A stretch of DNA of 64,000 nt from an uncultured Christensenellaceae bacterium. Lineage in GTDB: Bacteria > Bacillota > Clostridia > Christensenellales > CAG-314. The translations under genes were made by a program, and so were the position numbers. The notes beneath the pieces were generated by a model. The model made no database searches. It had not been told where the DNA came from and saw only the letters and a list, made by a program, of their open reading frames with translations. The stretch spans positions 67,346 through 131,345 of the forward strand of contig CAJUNH010000002.1 in NCBI GenBank assembly GCA_910587795.1. The letters are read 5' to 3'. Numbering within the stretch: the first letter of the stretch is position 1; every line of letters begins with the position of its first letter. This document shows, one piece after another, positions 1 through 7,322 of the stretch.

Positions 1-1346
1 TCCAGCCCCGCGGCAGTAGTCGGCGCATAACCTTCGGCACTGTCGTTTACAAGATCTTTTGCCCCAACGTGTGCGCTAACCACCACTACGTCGCAATTTT
101 GCTCACCGCGCAATTCCGTTGCCAAATCTTTTATTATGGGCAGCGGATTTTTAAACCCGATATTTTGCACCAAATTAGAGGCTATGGACGTAATTTGATC
201 TTGCCCAATAACGCCGATTATACCAACCTTTAATCCGTTAGGCAAGGTTTTAATTACATACTTTTGCGCAAGTTCGTCGGCAAAGCTGCCCCATGTTTTT
301 GTAGACGGATTCCAATGATAAATATTTGCGCCTAAAAACGGTGTTTTACCCGAAGACGCCAACGTCTGCATTTTTTCCAAACCCCAGTCAAACTCGTGAT
401 TGCCGTATGTAAACGCATCAAATCCTATTGCGTCCATACAATCGGTAAGCAGCTTGCCGTAGTTGGAGTTAGACTCCATCGACCCCTGAAACATATCTCC
501 GGAATTTACAAACACGGTATTTGCATTTTGATTTTTTTGCGATTTGAGATATCCGCCGAAAGTGGAAATGCGTTCTACCGTGCCGTGGAAATCGTTAATT
601 GCATACAGATCCACCGTGCGCGTTTCGGTACCGATTTGAGGAATCGTTTCGGTTTGCAAAACTTTTTCGCAAACAACGCATTCCTTATGCCTTAGCCCCG
701 TTTCCGTTGCGGTGGCATCTTTGTCCGTAATCCAGCCCGATGCCGTATGTATGTCAAAATCCGCAACGCTGCCGCATCCGCTGCATTTGCGCCAATGGCT
801 GTCCGCATCGTACGAATATATATTTGAATAATTATGAGTATGCCCAAGCATAGGCACCGTACGCGTAAGCTGCGCTTCACAAACGTTGCAAACGCCTTTT
901 TCCGTACCGTTGCTTGTTTCGGTGGCGGGCTTAACCGTCGTCCATTCTGCAACCTCGTGCTCGTTTGATTGCTCAATCTGCTGACAGGTTGCGCAGCGCT
1001 TAAAATGTACGTAATCGTTATACAGATAATCGCCGCTAAAATCGTGAATATGCTGCTGTTGAGGGATTGTTTCCGCAACGTTGTAATCGCACGCAACACA
1101 TTTGCCGTGGCGCGAACCTGCCGACGTTTCGCTTGCGGGAACGTCCGTTATCCATTCTGTTACAACATGCGGTCTTGTCTGCCCTATTTTTTTTCCGCAC
1201 GAGCAAACTTCCCAATGCCCGCTGCCGTCGCTTTTGCGCTCGGCAATTGCGTGGACGTGAACTTTTCCGCAAGCGACAAGCGCGATACTAAGCGCAACAA
1301 CGCTTGCCAAAACCATTATTAAAATTATTTTACGCAGTCTTGTCAT
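1..1346 (-). CDS. 5'-nucleotidase / calcineurin-like metallophosphoesterase family lipoprotein; the 3' end runs off the window
   Basis: I translated the minus strand from ATG 1346..1344 (GGAGGG just upstream) and it stays open to position 1. It is absent from the ORF track because it is truncated by the window edge. It has a signal peptide with lipobox LVAC and phosphoesterase motifs DLYAINDFHG, GDMFQG and GNHEFD. Confidence 0.8.
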   Translation of the reverse strand, partial: MTRLRKIILIMVLASVVALSIALVACGKVHVHAIAERKSDGSGHWEVCSCGKKIGQTRPHVVTEWITDVPASETSAGSRHGKCVACDYNVAETIPQQQHIHDFSGDYLYNDYVHFKRCATCQQIEQSNEHEVAEWTTVKPATETSNGTEKGVCNVCEAQLTRTVPMLGHTHNYSNIYSYDADSHWRKCSGCGSVADFDIHTASGWITDKDATATETGLRHKECVVCEKVLQTETIPQIGTETRTVDLYAINDFHGTVERISTFGGYLKSQKNQNANTVFVNSGDMFQGSMESNSNYGKLLTDCMDAIGFDAFTYGNHEFDWGLEKMQTLASSGKTPFLGANIYHWNPSTKTWGSFADELAQKYVIKTLPNGLKVGIIGVIGQDQITSIASNLVQNIGFKNPLPIIKDLATELRGEQNCDVVVVSAHVGAKDLVNDSAEGYAPTTAAGL

Positions 1347-1516
1347 TTTGCCCTCCAAAATAAAATTACATAATAATGCATATTATCTCGGCAACATTAT
1401 ACCACATTATTTTGCTGTTTAAAATATTATTTTTTTAAGAAATTTTATATTAAAATACTAGATAAATTCGAGCAAGACGAAGCTGCAAAATTTAAGTTTT
1501 GACCCCTTTTTAAAAA

Positions 1517-1552
1517 GCCACTTATTTTGCCACTAAATTTGCCACTTATTTT
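1517..1552. repeat. Three tandem 12-nt units: GCCACTTATTTT / GCCACTAAATTT / GCCACTTATTTT
   Basis: Read directly. It lies in the spacer between tRNA-Pro and the nucleotidase gene, about 170-205 nt upstream of ATG 1346. Confidence 0.9.
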
Positions 1553-1606
1553 GACCGAAAAACATTGAAAACGAAAAATTTGTGGTTAGAAAATCCTAAA
1601 TTACAG

Positions 1607-1636
1607 CAAAAAAGCACCGTTTTTACGGTGCTTTTG
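1607..1636 (-). terminator. Rho-independent terminator after tRNA-Pro (bidirectional shape)
   Basis: 8-bp stem AGCACCGT/ACGGTGCT with a TTTT loop, flanked by an A-run and a T-run. On the minus strand it is followed by TTTTTT. Confidence 0.7.
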
Positions 1637-1643
1637 GTTAATA

Positions 1644-1720
1644 TGGTCTGAGTGACTGGACTTGAACCAGCGACCCCAAGACCCCCAGTCTTGTGCGCTA
1701 CCAAACTGCGCTACACCCAG
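1644..1720 (-). tRNA. tRNA-Pro (anticodon GGG), CCA encoded
   Basis: The reverse complement folds as a cloverleaf. Acceptor stem CTGGGTG/CACTCAG, D arm GCGC-AGTTTGGTA-GCGC, anticodon stem CAAGA/TCTTG with loop CTGGGGG, T arm GCTGG-TTCAAGT-CCAGT, then A-CCA. Confidence 0.85.
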
Positions 1721-1730
1721 ATGCTTATAT

Positions 1731-1769
1731 ATAATACTACATTTTAAAAAAAATTGCAACACCTTGCAA
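1731..1769 (-). promoter_or_regulatory. Candidate sigma-A promoter(s) for tRNA-Pro
   Basis: Two overlapping matches on the minus strand: TTGCAA-17-TAAAAT (1769..1741) and TTGCAA-17-TATTAT (1759..1731). The latter ends 10 nt before the tRNA 5' end. Confidence 0.4.
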
Positions 1770-1802
1770 GCAAGTCGCAAAAAAAATGTTTACTTTAAAC
1801 AA

Positions 1803-1838
1803 TATAAAAGCAAGCTTTCCAAACGGAAAACCTGCTTT
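1803..1838 (-). terminator. Rho-independent terminator after the 177-aa lipoprotein gene
   Basis: Minus-strand hairpin GCAGGTTTTCC-GTTT-GGAAAGCTTGC (11 bp including G-U pairs) followed by TTTTATATT. Confidence 0.6.
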
Positions 1839-1879
1839 TAAATCATTTAAAATATTTCAGTTAGAAAATTTTGCGTTAA

Positions 1880-2413
1880 TTAAAACGTATAAGCCGTTGT
1901 AACCGTAACGTTGTTTCCGTTTGCCGTTGCATAGCTTACAGTAAGGCTTGCAAAACTGCCGTCCGTATTTAACGCAAACACCACCGTTACGTTTCCGCTT
2001 AACGTACCGTCTGCGCCAAGCAATGTCTTTGCATTTTCGGCAGACATCGCGCCTGTTAAAGTCCTTGCCTGTTCGTTTTCGGTAAGTTCCGTAAAGCTGT
2101 CCGCCTTTAAAACGACCGTCAGCTTAGCTTTGTCAAAGTCCTTAGTTGTCGTTACGGGAGCTGCGGAGTCCACCGTTACGGTAGTTTCGGCGGCTTTTCC
2201 GCTTGCCATATCGTAAACAATATCCGTTTTGCAAAGTTCTTCGGTTCCGCTTTTTACAACAAGCGTTTGCTTAATTTGCTTTGATTGCGTAACTTTACCG
2301 TACGCGTCAAATACTTTTGCGGTAAAACTGTCGTCCTTACACGCCGATAAAACCAATACCGTAGCCAAGCAAACTACAATCGCCAAAAATATCGCTGATT
2401 TTTTAAATTTCAT
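1880..2413 (-). CDS. Small lipoprotein (177 aa), function unknown; paralog of the 200-aa lipoprotein at 23985..24587
   Basis: Signal peptide with lipobox LSAC. AGGAGG sits 8 nt upstream. Its ATG overlaps the TAA of the upstream 1384-aa gene (TAATG). Confidence 0.8.
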   Translation of the reverse strand: MKFKKSAIFLAIVVCLATVLVLSACKDDSFTAKVFDAYGKVTQSKQIKQTLVVKSGTEELCKTDIVYDMASGKAAETTVTVDSAAPVTTTKDFDKAKLTVVLKADSFTELTENEQARTLTGAMSAENAKTLLGADGTLSGNVTVVFALNTDGSFASLTVSYATANGNNVTVTTAYTF

Positions 2414-5400
2414 TAAAACATCCTCCTTTTAGCAATCCAAGCGGCAAATGCAAGCATAGCCGCTGTCGCAGTAACGGAAAACACCACACTGTTTGCCACT
2501 TTGCGCGCGCCTTCCAAGTCCGCCTTTGCACCGTTAACTTTTGCTTCTACTTCCGCAATCTTTACATTAAATGCCGTCAGGTCGAGCTGCTCCTTTTGTT
2601 CTGCGGTCAATTTCTCTATCGCGGCTTGTGCCTTTGCAATTTTGTCGATAGCGTCCTTAACACCGCTTGCGTTTATCGCCGCCGTTACCGCCGCTTTCGC
2701 CTGCGTAACTTCTTTGTCCTCATCAGGGGTAGGCGTTAAACTTCCGGCAAGACGGTCTATTTCCGCTTTGCCTGCCGTTAACGCTTCCGCCACGGCTTGT
2801 TTAGTGGCAGCCTTGTCGATTGCCTCCGCCAGACTTGCCGGAGCGGAAACTTTCTTTTCCGCCGCGTATGCACTAAGCTCGGCTTTTGCGTCTGCCTTGG
2901 CTTTATTTAGCGCTATCTCGGCAAGCGCAGCCGCTTTTATTTCGTTAACTTCATCAATCGTAGCCGCCTCGTCAATTTGCGCGTTTACGTCGGGTGCTTC
3001 TACTCCGTTTTCGGTTGCCGCAGCCTCTATTGCCGCTTTTGCATCCGCCTTTGCAGCCGCAAGAACCCTTATATCCACAAGCGATTTGAGCAACGCTTTT
3101 TGTTCGTCGGCGGCAGTTTTATCTTTTGCGTCTCTTAAAGCAAAAGTTTCGCTAGCCGTCAGCGTGATATTAAATCTCTGCGCGTACGCGTTAACTTCAT
3201 CAAGAACAGCCGCTTTGTAGTCGATAATTTCTATAACGTCGGCATAAATTTTACGAATTTTTGCTTCGGTGTCCGTAGCAGGCTTATCCATATCGTTTAA
3301 AGGCACTTCCACGCCCTTTTCGCGTGCGTATGCCGTCATTGCCGCGGTAAGTTCTTCTTTAAGCGCAACACGGTTTTCGTGGTTGAGTTCCCAAACGGCA
3401 ACCAACGTATTAGTGCCTCCGGGCATTGTTCCGTAATACGTTTCGGTTGTGTCCGCCTTCGTCCAACGGTATTCTTCGCCGTTTAAAGTCCAACATACAA
3501 AATCGTATCCTTCCTTTACGGGGTTTGCGGGTTTATCGAATCTTTCCGCGCTGTTTAAAGTAATGTCCGTCAAATAAGCTGCTCCGTCGGCGGTAGTACC
3601 GCCGTTTAAATCGAATTTAAGCGTACTGGGCAATGCCTTCCAAATACCGACAAGAGAAATGTTTTTACCCGGCATCGTAGTCCAATCGAACACTTTACCT
3701 TCTAAGTTCCAACTAATAAATTCATAGCCTGCGCGTACAGGGTCTGCAGGTTTTAATCCGCTGATGTCCGCACCGAATTTTGCCTGAATAGACTCTATCG
3801 GTTTATCGCCCGGCTGTTCAAACTTAATCGTGTACAGTTTGTCCGTAATCGTTACGCGCAACGTAACAAATTTATCCTCGCCCGTTTGCTCGTCCTTACC
3901 CGCAGGATAAGTTATTTTGTCCGTTGCGGAAATTTCGCGCATATCCGCAGTGTTTACCCATTTTGCAGTACGGTGTTCGCTTACGGCAAACAATTCCTTT
4001 TGTGCGTCGGTTAGCTCCGTTAAAACCTCGTCTAACGTAAACTGCGTTTTGTCGCGCATTAATACTTCTGTATCGATTATTTCGGTTTTACCGTCGTTTA
4101 CAACCTCTATTACAACTTTTTTGTAATCGTAACGCCATACGGCATACAAAGTGCATTCGTGGTCGACCGTTACTCCGTACTTAGCTTCGTACTCCACGAC
4201 AGCGCCGCCTTCCGCGGACGTCCAACCCATAAACGTATAACGTTCACGTCTGGTTTTTTCGCCGTCGTACGGAACCGCAACGGGGTTACGCTCCGTTCCG
4301 CTGCGTGTATCGTCATCAACTCCCGTACCGTACACAAACGTAACGGTGTAGGATTGAACAACCACTGCGTAATAATGAGTGTCCTCGCTTATAATTTTCC
4401 AGCCGTTGCTGACAAACGTACCTGTCAGTTCGGGATTTGTCGCCCATCCTTCAAATCTATCACCGTATTCCTTCCAGTCGGAGAAATACGTATCAACGCT
4501 TTGCAAATTGAAATTCGTCGAAGTTGTGCTTTTTTCGATTTCTACCGTTTCCGTTTTAGTTCCAAGGTGGAAAATAACGTTGACATACTCTATCTTTTCG
4601 AATTGTGCAACAAGAGTTCCCTCTTCGTTGTCTAGTTTTTCTAAGGTAGAGCGATAAATAATGCCGCCTTTCTTTAAATACGTCGTACCGTTATCCAACA
4701 GCCAGCCCAGGAACTTGTAGCCTTCTTTAACAGGATCGTTAACGTCTATCGAATAGGAAGTACTTGTCCTTGCTATTTCCGCAGTGTGCACCGTTTCTCC
4801 CTCTACGACAAAGTGTAACGAATATCCGTCAAATTTCCACTGAGCCGTAATTACGGTGTCTGCCGTAATATCGATAGTAGAGCCGCAAGAAACAATCGTT
4901 TCATCTTGCCCGACGGTAAATCCCTTCAAAACGTAACCTTGCTTTGCTGCGCTGCTTTGACTAGGCAATCTGTATTTTTGTCCTACGCCGCCTTTAATAT
5001 CGTTTTTATACGTATCGCTGTTAAATTCGCCGCCGTTAGCATCAAAGCGAATAGTAACGGACTGCGTCAATTCCGCCGTTAATACAAGGTTATCCTTAAT
5101 GTTTGTAGAATTACCTGCGACGTATAAAGTATCGCCGCTTTTCCATCCAAGAAAATACTCGTCTTCGCCGACTTGATAATCGGTAAAAATTTCGCTTACA
5201 TCGGGTGCTTTCCAATAATTAAGTCCGCTGCTGTTTTTCGTATAAGATTTTACAACGTCTTCTTTGCCGTCCATTCGATAAGTAACGTCAATACAGTTGT
5301 AATCCCACACCGCTTTTAACGTAATGTTTTCCGTTAGGTTAATAGCTGCACCGACAGGAAGAATTTCGCCTTCGCCGTTTACCTGCCAGCCCGCAAACTT

Positions 5401-6567
5401 ATAGTTAGCAAGAGTAAACGCACATACGGGCAAATAATAGTCGCCGTAATCTCGCGTAACGTTTTCCATTACGCCCGCCGCTTCGGTATGTACCTTATCA
5501 AAAGAAACCGTTGCCGTTTCGCCTTGTACGTACTCTGTTAACGCATAAAATTCAAATTGATATTTTGTAGTATCCGTCGGCAGACTTGCCGCCAACTGAA
5601 AGTTAGAACTGCTGAAATAAATATACTTGTTTCCTTTTAAATAAAATCTATAGGGAACGTTTTCTAATGTTGTAAATTGCAAGGACGCAGACGAACTGCT
5701 GCTTTCGGCAGAAATGAAATTTCCGTTTGCGCCAAGATACTTGCCTTTGGCTTTATCGCCTACAAAGCAAAAGTTAATTTGGTTTGCTGAAGTACGCGTA
5801 GCCGTCCACACAACAAGGGCTTCATTGGTATTTTTAACCTCTAGGTCCAAATATTTGCCGTCGCTAAAAATATCGTATGCCGCGCCGAAACCGCCGGAAC
5901 TTGTAGCACCCAGCGCAGTAAGCTTTGTTCCGGTGTTTCCAACCAAAATACCGGTTACCGATTCACCAACGGTAAGCTCCGTCAACGAAGTCTTTGTGTA
6001 GCGCATTTCGGCTCCGCCTGTCGCCGCTTGCCGTACAAAAATTAAAAACTTCGTAGAATCCCAATCATCCATAGCATATCCGGAATTACTTCCAACAACC
6101 GCTCTGCCGTTAGTTGCATATAAATAGTTAGTGCTGCCGTCCAACGTACTTGCCGAATTACTTAAAGATACGCTGTTGTATGCATAAAGCTTATTATAGC
6201 TTGCGGAAGCAAGCGATTCGATCTCAACGTCGGTATCGCCGGCACTTACGATTTTCCACAGCAATTTATTGTCAACGTTGGTTTTTGACGCGTCGATTTT
6301 AGTATCGTTATCCTGCAAATAAACTTCCGTAACAGTAACAGAACTGCCCGACGCCGTCATAGCATAATAGCCAGTGCCTGATTTATGCACTATCATCGCT
6401 ACGTCGGCAGCAGGAATATTTTTTTCCGCGGACAACACGTAATCGTACATTTCCGCGGCTTGCGCAGGGGGGGGCGTTGCAGCGGACAGCGCAACGGCAA
6501 GCAGCAACGCGGAAAAACAAACTACTGCCAATGTTACTTTTAGCAATAGGTTTATTTTCTTTGCCAT
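2413..6567 (-). CDS. Large surface protein (1384 aa): signal peptide, beta-rich N-terminal region, about nine Listeria-Bacteroides (Flg_new-type) repeats, Ala/Lys/Glu-rich helical repeats, C-terminal TM tail anchor
   Basis: AGGAGG 7 nt upstream of the ATG. Signal peptide ending AQA. Recurrent G(Y/F)xFxGW...(L/V)xAxW repeat endings. C-terminus LTAEQKEQL...VVFSVTATAAMLAFAAWIAKRRMF. No LPXTG. Confidence 0.85.
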   Translation of the reverse strand: MAKKINLLLKVTLAVVCFSALLLAVALSAATPPPAQAAEMYDYVLSAEKNIPAADVAMIVHKSGTGYYAMTASGSSVTVTEVYLQDNDTKIDASKTNVDNKLLWKIVSAGDTDVEIESLASASYNKLYAYNSVSLSNSASTLDGSTNYLYATNGRAVVGSNSGYAMDDWDSTKFLIFVRQAATGGAEMRYTKTSLTELTVGESVTGILVGNTGTKLTALGATSSGGFGAAYDIFSDGKYLDLEVKNTNEALVVWTATRTSANQINFCFVGDKAKGKYLGANGNFISAESSSSSASLQFTTLENVPYRFYLKGNKYIYFSSSNFQLAASLPTDTTKYQFEFYALTEYVQGETATVSFDKVHTEAAGVMENVTRDYGDYYLPVCAFTLANYKFAGWQVNGEGEILPVGAAINLTENITLKAVWDYNCIDVTYRMDGKEDVVKSYTKNSSGLNYWKAPDVSEIFTDYQVGEDEYFLGWKSGDTLYVAGNSTNIKDNLVLTAELTQSVTIRFDANGGEFNSDTYKNDIKGGVGQKYRLPSQSSAAKQGYVLKGFTVGQDETIVSCGSTIDITADTVITAQWKFDGYSLHFVVEGETVHTAEIARTSTSYSIDVNDPVKEGYKFLGWLLDNGTTYLKKGGIIYRSTLEKLDNEEGTLVAQFEKIEYVNVIFHLGTKTETVEIEKSTTSTNFNLQSVDTYFSDWKEYGDRFEGWATNPELTGTFVSNGWKIISEDTHYYAVVVQSYTVTFVYGTGVDDDTRSGTERNPVAVPYDGEKTRRERYTFMGWTSAEGGAVVEYEAKYGVTVDHECTLYAVWRYDYKKVVIEVVNDGKTEIIDTEVLMRDKTQFTLDEVLTELTDAQKELFAVSEHRTAKWVNTADMREISATDKITYPAGKDEQTGEDKFVTLRVTITDKLYTIKFEQPGDKPIESIQAKFGADISGLKPADPVRAGYEFISWNLEGKVFDWTTMPGKNISLVGIWKALPSTLKFDLNGGTTADGAAYLTDITLNSAERFDKPANPVKEGYDFVCWTLNGEEYRWTKADTTETYYGTMPGGTNTLVAVWELNHENRVALKEELTAAMTAYAREKGVEVPLNDMDKPATDTEAKIRKIYADVIEIIDYKAAVLDEVNAYAQRFNITLTASETFALRDAKDKTAADEQKALLKSLVDIRVLAAAKADAKAAIEAAATENGVEAPDVNAQIDEAATIDEVNEIKAAALAEIALNKAKADAKAELSAYAAEKKVSAPASLAEAIDKAATKQAVAEALTAGKAEIDRLAGSLTPTPDEDKEVTQAKAAVTAAINASGVKDAIDKIAKAQAAIEKLTAEQKEQLDLTAFNVKIAEVEAKVNGAKADLEGARKVANSVVFSVTATAAMLAFAAWIAKRRMF

Positions 6568-6779
6568 AATAATTCCTCCTTAAATAAATCTTCTTCCTCA
6601 TGTTTAACGCAATAAATGCGGTAAATTAAATAATAAAAAATACGCCTTGCAAAACAGCCGATATATTTAGCCATTTCAACAAAGCGATACTATTTTTAGT
6701 ATATTACTAATGTTGAGTATTAAAAAATACTCGCTCATTTTAATATTTTTTTATTACGTTATAGGCTAAATCTATACTA

Positions 6780-6809
6780 ATTTTACTACACAGACGGAAA
6801 GATTGTCAA
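6780..6809 (-). promoter_or_regulatory. Candidate promoter for the 1384-aa gene
   Basis: Minus strand TTGACA (6809..6804), 18 nt, TAAAAT (6785..6780). Motif match only, and it would give a leader of about 200 nt. Confidence 0.3.
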
Positions 6810-7275
6810 ATATTATTTAAAAAAAGTAAAGTTTTTTTAAAATAAATTGCCGATATATCGCACAATTATGTTTTTTTGTACTATTTGCGCAGAATAAGCG
6901 ATCTAAAAACAACGAAATAAAATTTGCGGCATCACTATTAGGACTTGAATACAAACGGAAGTCAAATTATTTTTTACAGCTTGACGGCTTACTTTTTATT
7001 ACAGGACGTTTCGTCTGCGCTTTAAGTTCAGCATTATAGTAACGCCATCGGCTGACGGCATTTAAAGCGTTACATTCGGCAAAATACGTAAGTTTTAAAA
7101 ACAAATAAGTTAACTTCCGCAATAATTAAAAGATAACCTGCGTTTTTTTTTATAACTATTTGCAGTTATCTGTTTTTTGAAAATAATATACTTAATATTA
7201 AAATTTTAAAAAAGCTTACCTTATTGCAAACGAAATACCCGACAGACAGATTTAGAAATAAACTTACGCTTTTGC

Positions 7276-7310
7276 AAAAAAACCCGTGCGGGATGCACAG
7301 GTTTTTTTTA
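7276..7310 (-). terminator. Rho-independent terminator ending the long S8/Opp/lipoprotein transcription unit
   Basis: Stem CCTGTGC/GCACGGG (one mismatch), 5-nt loop, flanked by A7 and T8. On the minus strand it is followed by TTTTTTTGC, 13 nt after the stop of the 1484-aa gene. Confidence 0.75.
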
Positions 7311-7322
7311 TTGCTGTTAAAA

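Noticed and set aside
396-1322. Track ORFs 396..695(+), 692..1099(-), 969..1322(+), 1036..1272(-) and 1067..1291(+).
   Set aside because: All lie inside, and out of frame with or antisense to, the long minus-strand phosphoesterase reading frame that runs from 1346 off the window edge. None has an RBS or recognisable motifs.
2501-3220. 239-aa Ala/Ser-rich plus-strand ORF, and similar antisense ORFs (e.g. 4159..4635, 17598..18200, 21185..22069, 43076..43564, 45136..45864, 55190..56134, 60533..60980).
   Set aside because: These are antisense shadows of well-supported minus-strand genes. Their composition mirrors the sense gene (the Ala-rich repeat read backwards). They have no RBS and no family resemblance.
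6568-7322. 755-bp AT-rich intergenic region upstream of the 1384-aa surface-protein gene, examined as a possible invertible promoter, small RNA or mobile-element remnant.
   Set aside because: It holds only short inverted repeats (GAGTATT/AATACTC near 6714..6732, AGATAAC..GCAGTTATCT near 7130..7175). There are no long flanking inverted repeats, no recombinase gene in the window and no ORF with an RBS. I kept only a weak promoter match.
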